A DNA stretch of 64,000 nucleotides from an uncultured Planctomycetota bacterium (GTDB lineage: Bacteria; Planctomycetota; Phycisphaerae; Tepidisphaerales; Tepidisphaeraceae). Where the stretch lies: assembly GCA_963841915.1 (NCBI GenBank), contig CAWJEN010000006.1, forward strand, positions 768,001 through 832,000, written 5' to 3'. The notes beneath the pieces are model-generated. The model saw only the letters and a program-made list of their open reading frames with translations. It was not told where the DNA came from and searched no databases. This document shows, piece after piece, positions 9,692 to 18,343 of the stretch; the first letter of the stretch is position 1, and the number at the start of each line of letters is the position of its first letter. The position numbers and the translations under genes are program-made.

Positions 9692-10822
9692 ATGCTTCTC
9701 GAAGAACCCAAGACGATGACCGCCGCCGATGTGGTCGCTACCGACCGCGCGTACATGCTCGATCGGCTGCGCAGCGAGTTCGCCCAGATGGCCGGCGGCA
9801 AGTTGCTCATCACGGGCGGTGCCGGTTTCCTCGGCTACTACCTCACGCACGCCGTTGCCGCCTGGAATGAAGAGGCGAGCAAGAACGACCGCATCGCCGT
9901 CACAGTCAGCGACAACTTCATGCGCGGCAAGCCGACGTGGCTTGAAGAGATGGAAGACGCCGACGGCGTCGAGCTCATCAAGTGGGACGTTCGCGACGAG
10001 ATTCCGGCGCGGCTTCGCGACGACGGCCTCGACTGGGTCATTCACGCAGCCAGCATCGCTTCGCCGACGTTCTACCGGGCCAAGCCGGTCGAGACGATCG
10101 ACGCCAACATCGGTGGCCTGCGGCAGATTCTCGACCTCGCCAACAAGCAGGGCAAGAAGCCCGGCGGCATCCTGTTTTACAGCTCCAGCGAGGTCTACGG
10201 CGATCCGGCCGTCATTCCCACGCCCGAAGACTACCGCGGCAATGTCAGCTGCACCGGCCCCCGCGCCTGCTACGACGAGGCCAAGCGGTTCGGCGAGACG
10301 CTCTGCGTCGTCTTCGCCAAGCACCACGATCTTGCCGTCAAGATCGCCCGTCCGTTCAACAACTACGGCCCGGGCCTCAAGCTCGATGACCGCCGCGTCG
10401 TCAGCGACTTCGCCCGCAACGTTCTCGACGGCGAGGACATTGTGATGCTGTCCGATGGCACCGCGACCCGCACGTTCTGCTACGTCGCCGACGCGGTCGT
10501 CGGGTACTACAAAGTGCTGGTCAACGGCCAGCCGGGCGAAGCGTTCAACATCGGCATCGAAGATCCGGAAGTGAGCGTTGCCGACTTCGCCCGTGCGATG
10601 GCCGACGCAGGTCGTGATGTCTGCGGCTACGAAGGCAGCGTCGTCACCGCTCCGCCGCCGGATGCCGATTACCTCGCCGACAACCCGAATCGCCGCTGCC
10701 CGGTGATGACGAAGGCGCGCTTGGAGATCGGCTTCGACCCGCAAGTGGGCCTTGAAGACGGCCTCCGCAAGCTGCTCGCCTGGTACGCCGACCACCCGGC
10801 AACGGACGAAGAAACGGTTTAG
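9692..10822 (+). CDS. NAD-dependent nucleotide-sugar epimerase/dehydratase (UDP-glucuronate decarboxylase-like SDR)
   Basis: GGAGFLG, HAASIASP, SSSEVYG, YDEAK (YxxxK), RPFNNYGP, TRTFCYV. Confidence 0.9.
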   Translation: MLLEEPKTMTAADVVATDRAYMLDRLRSEFAQMAGGKLLITGGAGFLGYYLTHAVAAWNEEASKNDRIAVTVSDNFMRGKPTWLEEMEDADGVELIKWDVRDEIPARLRDDGLDWVIHAASIASPTFYRAKPVETIDANIGGLRQILDLANKQGKKPGGILFYSSSEVYGDPAVIPTPEDYRGNVSCTGPRACYDEAKRFGETLCVVFAKHHDLAVKIARPFNNYGPGLKLDDRRVVSDFARNVLDGEDIVMLSDGTATRTFCYVADAVVGYYKVLVNGQPGEAFNIGIEDPEVSVADFARAMADAGRDVCGYEGSVVTAPPPDADYLADNPNRRCPVMTKARLEIGFDPQVGLEDGLRKLLAWYADHPATDEETV

Positions 10823-10831
10823 CACGCTCCA

Positions 10832-10953
10832 GAGGAACGCGAAGCTACGAAGGGGCGAAGGGCCGCGAAGTTCAGAAGGAGGAGTAGAGGCTGCCTCTAA
10901 ATCCCAGCTTCTGCCTTCGCGGTCCTTCGCCCCTTCGCTCCTTCGCGTTCCTC
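10832..10953. repeat. Long imperfect palindrome (REP/MITE-like) built from CGAAG/CTTCG sub-repeats
   Basis: Arms of about 39 nt at 10832-10870 and 10915-10953 are near-perfect reverse complements, with a nested hairpin TAGAGG-CTG-CCTCTA. Confidence 0.8.
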
Positions 10954-10967
10954 CGATCACGACACGA

Positions 10968-12323
10968 ATGACACTTAAGATTTCCATCATCGGCACCGGT
11001 TACGTCGGGCTCGTCTCTGCGGCCTGTTACGCAGAGCACGGGCATGACGTCACGTGCGTCGATATCGATTCGGCCAAGATCGACAGCGTCAATCGTGGCG
11101 AGTCGTTCCTGCACGAGCCGGGACTTCAAGACCTGCTCAAGCACAATGTCCCCGGCCGGCTGCGGGCGACGGATGACCTGGCGGCGGCGGTGCGGGCGAG
11201 CGACCTGACGATGGTCGCCGTACCGACGCCGTTCGATGCAAGGAGCGGGCTGATCGATCTGTCCAGCGTGCTCAACGCCGCAGAGGCGGTCGGTCGGGCG
11301 CTGGCTGACAAGGAAGGGTTTCACAGCGTCGTGCTCAAAAGCACGTGCGTGCCGGGGACTGCTGTCGGAGCGTTTTGCGACGCCATCACGCGAGGCGGCG
11401 GGAAGAACTTCGCTGTCGGCTCGTGCCCGGAGTTCCTCAGCGAAGGCACAGCCGTCGATGACTTCCTGAACCCCGATCGCATTGTCATCGGCGGCGACGA
11501 TCCGCGCGTGCTGGCCATGCTCCGCGAGCTTCACGCGGGCTTTGCCGACGTGACCGTGCTCGAGACGACGCCTTCGACGGCAGAGGCAATCAAGTACGCC
11601 AGCAACGCGTTACTGGCGACGTGCGTCAGCTTTGCGAACGAAATTGCCAACGCCTGCGAAGTGGCGGGCGACGTCGACGCGCTGGACGTCATGCGTGGCG
11701 TGAGCCTGTCGCGCTACCTGACGACCGACGGCCACACCGCGCCGCTGGCAGCGTTCCTCATCCCCGGCTGCGGATATGGCGGCTCGTGCCTGCCCAAGGA
11801 CGTGGCGGCGTTGGCGGGCTTCATGCGGACACGCGGCGTCGAGCCGACGATGCTCGACGCCGTCGCCAAAACCAACGACGGCCGTGGGGCGACGCTCGTG
11901 GCGCGACTGGCCGAGCGGTTGGGCTCGCTGAAGGGTCGCAAGATCGTGGTCCTCGGCACTGCCTTCAAGCCCGGTACGGGCGACCTGCGGACGAGTCCGG
12001 CAGAGCCGGTGATCGACGCGCTGGTCGCAGCCGGCGCAACCGTTCAGGCGCACGACCCGGCGGCAGCAGAGGCGACACGCGAGCGGTTTGGTGAACGCAT
12101 CACGATGGTGAACGACGCCCGCGATGCCTGCCGCTCGGCAGATGGCATCATCATCTGCACAGCTTGGCCAGAGTACCAGCAACTACCCCAGTGGCTTGCA
12201 GGTTTGACCAAGCAGCCCTTGGTCGCCGACGGAAGACGAGCCATTTTACCGGAAGCTGTACAGAACTACATCGGCGTGGGCTTAAGTACGGCCGCGCCAG
12301 ACCCGATGAGGCAGGCAGCATGA
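10968..12323 (+). CDS. ugd: UDP-glucose/GDP-mannose dehydrogenase family
   Basis: IIGTGYVG, VPTP, KST, PEFLSEG, KYASN, catalytic GYGGSCLPKD. Confidence 0.9.
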   Translation: MTLKISIIGTGYVGLVSAACYAEHGHDVTCVDIDSAKIDSVNRGESFLHEPGLQDLLKHNVPGRLRATDDLAAAVRASDLTMVAVPTPFDARSGLIDLSSVLNAAEAVGRALADKEGFHSVVLKSTCVPGTAVGAFCDAITRGGGKNFAVGSCPEFLSEGTAVDDFLNPDRIVIGGDDPRVLAMLRELHAGFADVTVLETTPSTAEAIKYASNALLATCVSFANEIANACEVAGDVDALDVMRGVSLSRYLTTDGHTAPLAAFLIPGCGYGGSCLPKDVAALAGFMRTRGVEPTMLDAVAKTNDGRGATLVARLAERLGSLKGRKIVVLGTAFKPGTGDLRTSPAEPVIDALVAAGATVQAHDPAAAEATRERFGERITMVNDARDACRSADGIIICTAWPEYQQLPQWLAGLTKQPLVADGRRAILPEAVQNYIGVGLSTAAPDPMRQAA

Positions 12324-13270
12324 GTGCGACCCAGCAACAACCCGAGCGGCCCACACGCGGCATGAAGGTCGTGCTCTTCTGCGGCGGCCAGGGACTTCGC
12401 ATTCGCGACTACGACCACCAGGTGCCCAAGCCCATGGTGCCCGTCGGCTACAGGCCGATCCTCTGGCACATCATGCGGTGGTACGCCCACCACGGCCATC
12501 GCGACTTCATCCTGTGCCTCGGCCACGGGGCCGACGCGATCAAGCGGTACTTCCTCGAGTACGACGAGAGCGTGACGAACGACTTCGTCCTCTCGCCGCG
12601 GAGTGGTAGCAGGTCGGGCCGACGCAGCGTCGACGCCTCGCGTCAGCACGATGTCGACCTTGTCACCGACGACACGAGCGACTGGTCCATCGGCTTTGTC
12701 GACACGGGCAAGAACGCCAACATCGGCGAACGGCTCACGGCAGTTCGGCCCTACCTCGGGGACGACGAGTGGTTTCTGGCCAACTACGCCGACGGCCTGA
12801 GCGACGTGCCGATGCCGGAGATGATCGAGCACGTGCAAGAGGCGCACGCCAGGAACGGCACGCTGGCGACCTTTGCCCGTGTACGGCCGAGCCAGACGTT
12901 CCACTGCGTCAACAGCGACGACGACGGCACGGTCCGCTCGATCGCCGAAGTGGGCGGCCGCGACCTTTGGATCAACGGCGGTTTCTTCTGCCTGCACCGT
13001 GATTTTTTCAACCACCTCGACGAGGGCGAAGATCTTGTAGGCGATGCACTGCCGAAGCTCATTCCGTTCGGTCGCCTGACGAGCTGGCGGCACGAAGGGT
13101 TCTTTGCGGCGATGGACACGTTCAAGGAGCAGCAGCAGCTCGCGAACATGCACGCCGAAGGCATCGCGCCTTGGGAAGTGTGGCGGCATGAGAAGCGTCG
13201 ACAGCGTGACGCGGCGGTGATGCGTCGATTCCAGCAGTCCGATTCGAACAAGCTTCGCACCGTCGCCTGA
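12320..13270 (+). CDS. rfbF: Glucose-1-phosphate cytidylyltransferase (RfbF-like)
   Basis: MKVVLFCGGQGLR, PKPMV, ANYADGLSD, WINGGFF, MDTFKE, APWEVW. Alternative start 12362. Confidence 0.85.
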   Translation: MSATQQQPERPTRGMKVVLFCGGQGLRIRDYDHQVPKPMVPVGYRPILWHIMRWYAHHGHRDFILCLGHGADAIKRYFLEYDESVTNDFVLSPRSGSRSGRRSVDASRQHDVDLVTDDTSDWSIGFVDTGKNANIGERLTAVRPYLGDDEWFLANYADGLSDVPMPEMIEHVQEAHARNGTLATFARVRPSQTFHCVNSDDDGTVRSIAEVGGRDLWINGGFFCLHRDFFNHLDEGEDLVGDALPKLIPFGRLTSWRHEGFFAAMDTFKEQQQLANMHAEGIAPWEVWRHEKRRQRDAAVMRRFQQSDSNKLRTVA

Positions 13271-13935
13271 TGTCAAGGGCAGTGACAGGGCCATTTATGC
13301 TGAACCTCACGGACATCTCGAAGCTCGAGCGTGTGCTGTGCATCGGTGCCCACAGCGACGACATCGAGATCGGCTGCGGTGCGACGATGTTTCGATTGAT
13401 GCGTGACTTGCCGACGCTCGAGGTGACGTGGTGCGTTTTGTGTGGTGACGGCGTGCGGGGTGACGAAGCGCGCGAAGCAGCACACAAGGTGCTGGGTGAT
13501 CGGGCGAGTTGCCGAGTCATCGTGCACACGTTTCGCGACGCACACCTTCCCGGAGACTGGTTGAACGTGAAGCAGGCCGTCGGAGATCTGCGGGCGAGCG
13601 AGCCAGACCTTGTCTTTGCCCACCGTCACGGCGACAACCATCAGGACCACCGACTCGTCGCCGAGCTGGTCGATCAGTCGTTTCGCAATCACGTGGTCTA
13701 CGGCTACGAGATTCCGAAATATGACGGAGACCTTGGGCGGCCGAACGTTTTTGCATCGGCAACACGCGATGACCTGCAGGCCAAGTGTCGCCTGCTCGAC
13801 ACGTTCACGAGTCAGGGCGACAAGCACTGGTTCGACGACGAGGCGTTTACGGGGCTGGCCCGTATTCGCGGGCTCGAGTGTGCGTCACCGACTGGTTACG
13901 CCGAAGGGTTTTACTGCAGAAAGGCGATGTTTTGA
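13270..13935 (+). CDS. PIG-L/LmbE family deacetylase
   Basis: GAHSDDIEIGCG, HQDH, YEIPKYDGDLG. Confidence 0.88.
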   Translation: MSRAVTGPFMLNLTDISKLERVLCIGAHSDDIEIGCGATMFRLMRDLPTLEVTWCVLCGDGVRGDEAREAAHKVLGDRASCRVIVHTFRDAHLPGDWLNVKQAVGDLRASEPDLVFAHRHGDNHQDHRLVAELVDQSFRNHVVYGYEIPKYDGDLGRPNVFASATRDDLQAKCRLLDTFTSQGDKHWFDDEAFTGLARIRGLECASPTGYAEGFYCRKAMF

Positions 13936-15314
13936 GTGAAGCGCACCAGAACGTCTTGCTGATCGCTTATGGCTGCGAGCCGGGGCGTGGCAGTGAAGCT
14001 GGCATTGGTTGGTCCCACGCGGTGGAGACGGCCAAGGCGCGGCCGACGTGGATCATCTGTCACCCGTCCCACCGCGTCGAGCTCGACAAGGGCATTGCCG
14101 ACTGGAACCGAAGCGGCCAAGGTTGTCCGATGCACGCCGTTTACATCGACGCTTCCCCTTTGATGCAGACGCTGGAGGGTGCGGGCTACTTCGGCTTCAA
14201 CGTCTACTACTACGCGTGGATCCGTGCCGCGGCGAAGGTGGCGGTGCGGCTGCACCAAGAGGTCGGATTCGCCGTCGCACAACACGTGTCGCTGACGCGT
14301 TGGTGGATGCCTTCGCCGGCGACGGCTGTGGCCGAACGGGGCGTGCCGTTGTTGTTCGGGCCTGTGGGCGCTGGCGAATGCATGCCGTGGTCGTTCCGCC
14401 GCGGCATCGGGATGCGCGGGTTTTTAACAGAGATCAGCCGCACACTGGCGCGTCGACTTTTTCAGTGCGACCCGATGCTCAAGCGGAACGCGCAGCTAGC
14501 GACCGGCGTTGTCGAGACGGACGAAACCGAGCGACGACTGCGGTCGCTGGGGTGCAAGCGCGTGCTCCGCGCGGCGTCGCTGCCGTGCGACCCGGAGCAG
14601 ATGCAGCAGATCGAGCCGATGCCGAAGAAGCCGGGCACGTTCCGCATCGTCAGTGGCGGCGGGCTCGTCTACTGGAAGTCGTTTCACCTGAGCGTCCGCG
14701 CGTTTGCCGAAGCGTTTGGTGACGAGCCGAATGTCGAGTACGTCCACGTGTGCGGCGGCGAGCAGATGGAGCGGATTCGTCGCGAGGCCGAGCAGCTTGG
14801 CGTGGCAGATCGTGTGCACCTGACGGGCGACACGCCGCACCTGGACAACCTGCGCTGGGTGAAGTCGGCCGATGTCTATGCGCTGCCGACGATGCGCGAC
14901 ACGACGGCCCACTTGTTCGAGGCGCTGAGCGTCGGCGTGCCCTGTGTGGTCGCCGATCATCTGTCGCCGCGGTCGATGATCGACGAGACGTGCGGCATCC
15001 GCGTGCCTTTGGATGATGGACCCAAAGCGTTTGTAGCAGCGATGGCACGTGCCTTCCGCGTGCTGTACGACGACACTCAGAAGTACAGCAGTTTGTCCGA
15101 CGGCGCACGGACCCGATCGGGACAATTGTCGCGCGAAACCTTCGGCCGCACGATCCGCCAGGCGCAGGGTGAGCTCATCAGCGCGTCGGCAAAGTCGCCT
15201 AAGCTGCCGACTTGCAGGACCTGCAAACTGTCTACGGCGTCGACTTCTCCGGTGCCGCCAAAGCAGGCAAAACAGCATGGGTGGCGACAACGGTCATCGA
15301 CGGCGACCGCCTGA
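13932..15314 (+). CDS. Glycosyltransferase family 4
   Basis: LLIAYGCEPGRGSEAGIGW N-terminus; GLVYWK; EALSVGVPCV. TTG start overlaps the upstream TGA. Confidence 0.85.
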   Translation: MSEAHQNVLLIAYGCEPGRGSEAGIGWSHAVETAKARPTWIICHPSHRVELDKGIADWNRSGQGCPMHAVYIDASPLMQTLEGAGYFGFNVYYYAWIRAAAKVAVRLHQEVGFAVAQHVSLTRWWMPSPATAVAERGVPLLFGPVGAGECMPWSFRRGIGMRGFLTEISRTLARRLFQCDPMLKRNAQLATGVVETDETERRLRSLGCKRVLRAASLPCDPEQMQQIEPMPKKPGTFRIVSGGGLVYWKSFHLSVRAFAEAFGDEPNVEYVHVCGGEQMERIRREAEQLGVADRVHLTGDTPHLDNLRWVKSADVYALPTMRDTTAHLFEALSVGVPCVVADHLSPRSMIDETCGIRVPLDDGPKAFVAAMARAFRVLYDDTQKYSSLSDGARTRSGQLSRETFGRTIRQAQGELISASAKSPKLPTCRTCKLSTASTSPVPPKQAKQHGWRQRSSTATA

Positions 15315-16048
15315 GGCTCACATCTGTCCAGCGTCTCGATCACTTCAGCGGTTCACCCAACCGAGCCGAGGCCCTGGCAGGACTGGTGCGGGCGGTCAAG
15401 GCTTCGCGCAACGCATTGTGGGCTATCGACTTTCCGTTCGGCTTACCGATCGAGTTGCGTTTCGGTGACTGGTCACGTCAGCTCGAGCTCGTCCGCAAAT
15501 GGGAAGGTGATGCCAATTCGTTCGGGCATCACTGCTTAGCCACCTCGAAGCGGCTTAACAATGGCGTAGGGCACGTCAGACGTCTGACGGACGTGGAGAC
15601 GAAGACGCCTTTCGACTGCTACCACTATCGCATCATCTACCAGACGTTTCACGGCATGCGGGACGTGCTGGCTCCTCTGGAGCACGAGCCGAAGACGAAA
15701 ATCTTGCCCTATCAAGAGAAAGTTGATGATTCCGACGAGCGAATTGTCGTCGAGGCGTGCCCGAGCAGCACGTTGAAGCGGCTGGGCCTGCCTCACCAGA
15801 AGTACAAGCAGCCCAGCGGGAAACCACCCGACGATGTTCGGCGGGCAACGAAGCGGATAATTCTTAAGGGAATCTGCGACTTCATCACGATCGGCGACTC
15901 GCCACGTCGGCGGATGATGGACGACTCCGGCGGTGACGCCCTCGACGCAGCCCTGGCAGCCGTCGGCGGGTGGCACGGCTACCACACGCTTGGCAACGGA
16001 ACCAGTGGCTCTGACCGGTACATGCGCGAGGGTCGCATCTATGCCTGA
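15212..16048 (+). CDS. DUF429-like protein (RNase H-like fold)
   Basis: YGVDFSGA, AIDFPFGLP, RRLTD, VEACP, DALDA. Confidence 0.75.
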   Translation: MQDLQTVYGVDFSGAAKAGKTAWVATTVIDGDRLRLTSVQRLDHFSGSPNRAEALAGLVRAVKASRNALWAIDFPFGLPIELRFGDWSRQLELVRKWEGDANSFGHHCLATSKRLNNGVGHVRRLTDVETKTPFDCYHYRIIYQTFHGMRDVLAPLEHEPKTKILPYQEKVDDSDERIVVEACPSSTLKRLGLPHQKYKQPSGKPPDDVRRATKRIILKGICDFITIGDSPRRRMMDDSGGDALDAALAAVGGWHGYHTLGNGTSGSDRYMREGRIYA

Positions 16049-16070
16049 ACGGGCTATCGTGCACCTCTCC

Positions 16071-16550
16071 ATGAGCGACTCCACGACCGCCGACGCGCTT
16101 GTCAGCCAGACCGTCCGTACCGCCCCTGTTGTCGAAGGCTTTCAGCCGACAAAGGGTCGCACGCTCTCGGTAAAGGGTGGCGTCGTCATCTTCCAGCCTC
16201 GCGGCACGACCTACGAACTTCACCTGGCAGAGCCAGAGGGTGGTTGGCCTGGCGTTGTTGGGAAGCCGACGAGCGGCGTACTCCGCGTCAAGGCCCGCAA
16301 GGTCTACAGCGTGCCCAGCGGTGGGTCCTTTGTCGTGCCGATCATGGGGACGCCTCGCATCGTGCAGGGGCGTGTGACTGACGTGCTGGAGGGCGGGGTC
16401 AACCGTCGCATTGTTCTGCAGGCAGGGGCGACGGTGGTGGTCGACCTCCCGGCCGACGACCATGCGATCGATCTCGGCGAAGGCGAGATCGGCCAAGGCA
16501 GCTTGGTGAACGTAGTTTGTGAGCCCGACGCTTGGATTGAGAGCGTCTAG
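16071..16550 (+). CDS. Hypothetical protein (beta-rich)
   Basis: Protein-like composition and co-oriented with neighbours; alternative start 16041. Confidence 0.6.
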   Translation: MSDSTTADALVSQTVRTAPVVEGFQPTKGRTLSVKGGVVIFQPRGTTYELHLAEPEGGWPGVVGKPTSGVLRVKARKVYSVPSGGSFVVPIMGTPRIVQGRVTDVLEGGVNRRIVLQAGATVVVDLPADDHAIDLGEGEIGQGSLVNVVCEPDAWIESV

Positions 16551-16578
16551 AGCACCTTACCCTCCTGGGTGCTCCATC

Positions 16579-16664
16579 GTCATCCCGCGGGAGCGAAGCG
16601 AGTCGGGGGACCTCGCAGGTCGTGCGTCACCCTAGCGAGGTCCCGCGACTATGTTCGGGATGAC
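16579..16664. repeat. REP-like palindromic element GTCATCCCG...CGGGATGAC
   Basis: Terminal 9-nt inverted repeats, internal GAGCGAAGCGAG, and inner stem GGGACCTCGC/GCGAGGTCCC, between convergent genes. Confidence 0.75.
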
Positions 16665-16706
16665 TGATGAGCTGCAAGCCGCTTTGTAGCGTTGATGCTT
16701 CGACAT

Positions 16707-16736
16707 AATCAAGAAGCCGCGGGCAGTGCCCGCGGC
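16707..16736 (-). terminator. Probable intrinsic terminator of the ECF sigma operon
   Basis: GCCGCGGGC...GCCCGCGGC stem (16716-16736) followed on the minus strand by TTCTTGATT. Confidence 0.6.
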
Positions 16737-16762
16737 ATTCATCGTTCGCTTACGGAAGCTGA

Positions 16763-17353
16763 CTACTTGGTCGCTCCATCGATCGACGGGGCGATCTCGC
16801 CCTGCTCGACGGCGGCGACGAGACGACGCGGCGGGGCAGCCTTGTCATGCTCGTATACCATCGGATTGTCGGAGAACGGGGAATTAACACCGGCCAAAGA
16901 GGTCTCGGCGGGCAGATCAACGCCTTCGAATGCAACGATGCCGACACCGTTGAAGTCACGGGGCGCGGCGGCAAAAGGGAGCTGCACAGAGACGGCCGGG
17001 GCACCTGCCTCGGGCGACACCAGATCGACCGGACCGACGACGGCCATCTCGGGGGAGACGGCGACCGTCGTGGCAAAGCCGCCCGCTGTGAAGCTGGCAA
17101 CGCCTGCCAGGCCGAGCGTGACACCGGCCGACAACGCAGCAGCGGCGACGAGGCCGATCTGCCAGCCGCCACGCTTGGACGCAGCAGTGGGCATCTTGAC
17201 CGGGCTGTCAGCACCGGCGGCTTCGGCACGGATGGTGAACATGACGCCCTCGGTGACCAAAGCCGACAGCTTGTCTAGCTCGGCATCGGTCGGCGTCGCC
17301 GTCAATAGACGGTCGAGGTCGGCGTCAGGAAGTTGGGTGGAGGCGTTGAACAC
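16763..17353 (-). CDS. Putative single-pass membrane anti-sigma factor
   Basis: Immediately downstream of an ECF sigma; short N-terminus and one TM (WQIGLVAAAALSAGVTLGLAGV). GTG start at 17353 is an estimate. Confidence 0.5.
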   Translation of the reverse strand: MFNASTQLPDADLDRLLTATPTDAELDKLSALVTEGVMFTIRAEAAGADSPVKMPTAASKRGGWQIGLVAAAALSAGVTLGLAGVASFTAGGFATTVAVSPEMAVVGPVDLVSPEAGAPAVSVQLPFAAAPRDFNGVGIVAFEGVDLPAETSLAGVNSPFSDNPMVYEHDKAAPPRRLVAAVEQGEIAPSIDGATK

Positions 17354-17436
17354 GAAACTGGCGGGGAAAAAAGATCGCGAAGGCGGTGCGAGAGCTGAAG
17401 CGGCCGAGGGTGCTGGGAGTGGTAAAGGTGTGGTGA

Positions 17437-18243
17437 CTAGACGTCGTGGTCGAGCAATTCTCGGAGCTTTTTGCGGGCTTGGAAAACGTGCCATTTGACG
17501 GCTTCCACGCTGCACTCCAGCCGCTCGGCGACCTCGCGTTGCGGTAGCTCTTCGATCGTGAAGAGCAGCAGGGCGTTCCGCTGCTTGTCGGGGAGCTTTT
17601 GAAGTGCCTCCCCGAGTGCGGTTCCAAGCTCTCTGCCCTGGGCCGCCCGTTCGGGGCAGTCCATGCGAGCAAAGTCTTCGCCGCCGTGACCGGGCATGGG
17701 GCGGTCTGCCACCCGTCCGTCACGTGCTTCGCCGAAGCTGTTGTCGATCATGCCAGCGACCCGCAAGCTGCGACCACGCCGATAGTTGAGCGACAGGTTC
17801 GTCACGATCCTCAGGAACCACCCACCAAAAGCTGCCGGCCGCTCGAGCGTGTCGAGCGAGCGATAGGCCTTGATGAAGGCATCCTGCGTGACGTCCCGGG
17901 CATCATCCTGATTACCCAGGAGCCGGAAGCTCACGATGATCGCCCGGCGGTTGTACCGCTCGACCAACGCCTCGAAGGCTTCTGTGTCACCCGACAGGCA
18001 CCGCTCGACACAGCTGGCATCTTCAGCAGCGGCAGACTCGCGTTGCAAGTCGACCTCAGCTTCGAGCTCCTGCGTCGTTGGTGTGCTCGTCGGGATCGGC
18101 GTTGCGATCTGCAAATTCTCACCCTCTCCCGCACCTTCCGAACTGGAACGACCCGCGGCCACATGACCGGGGGTGACGGGTCGTCGCCTTTCGGTAACGA
18201 CCGCCGTGGTGCTCACGCCTGTATTGACACGGGCTGGGTTCAA
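17437..18243 (-). CDS. ECF (group 4) RNA polymerase sigma factor
   Basis: AFEALVERY, DARDVTQDAFIKAY, FGGWFLRI; region 4 LPDKQR...EVAERLECSVEAVKWHVFQARKKL. True start may be downstream. Confidence 0.9.
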   Translation of the reverse strand: MNPARVNTGVSTTAVVTERRRPVTPGHVAAGRSSSEGAGEGENLQIATPIPTSTPTTQELEAEVDLQRESAAAEDASCVERCLSGDTEAFEALVERYNRRAIIVSFRLLGNQDDARDVTQDAFIKAYRSLDTLERPAAFGGWFLRIVTNLSLNYRRGRSLRVAGMIDNSFGEARDGRVADRPMPGHGGEDFARMDCPERAAQGRELGTALGEALQKLPDKQRNALLLFTIEELPQREVAERLECSVEAVKWHVFQARKKLRELLDHDV

Positions 18244-18343
18244 ACGTTGGAGGCTCGTTGGTGGAAAAACTTCAATCGTGTACGAACCCCGATAAGAGCC
18301 GCCCGCACCGGCTGGAAACGCTCCTGATGGTGCGAGGCTGTCG

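Noticed and set aside
10832..10953. Possible CRISPR array suggested by the repeated CGAAG units
   Set aside because: The units are 8-10 nt with no unique spacers, the structure is an inverted repeat, and there are no cas genes in the window.
15212..16550. DUF429-like gene plus hypothetical protein as an anti-phage system
   Set aside because: No defence-associated domains, mobile-element context or compositional anomaly supports this.
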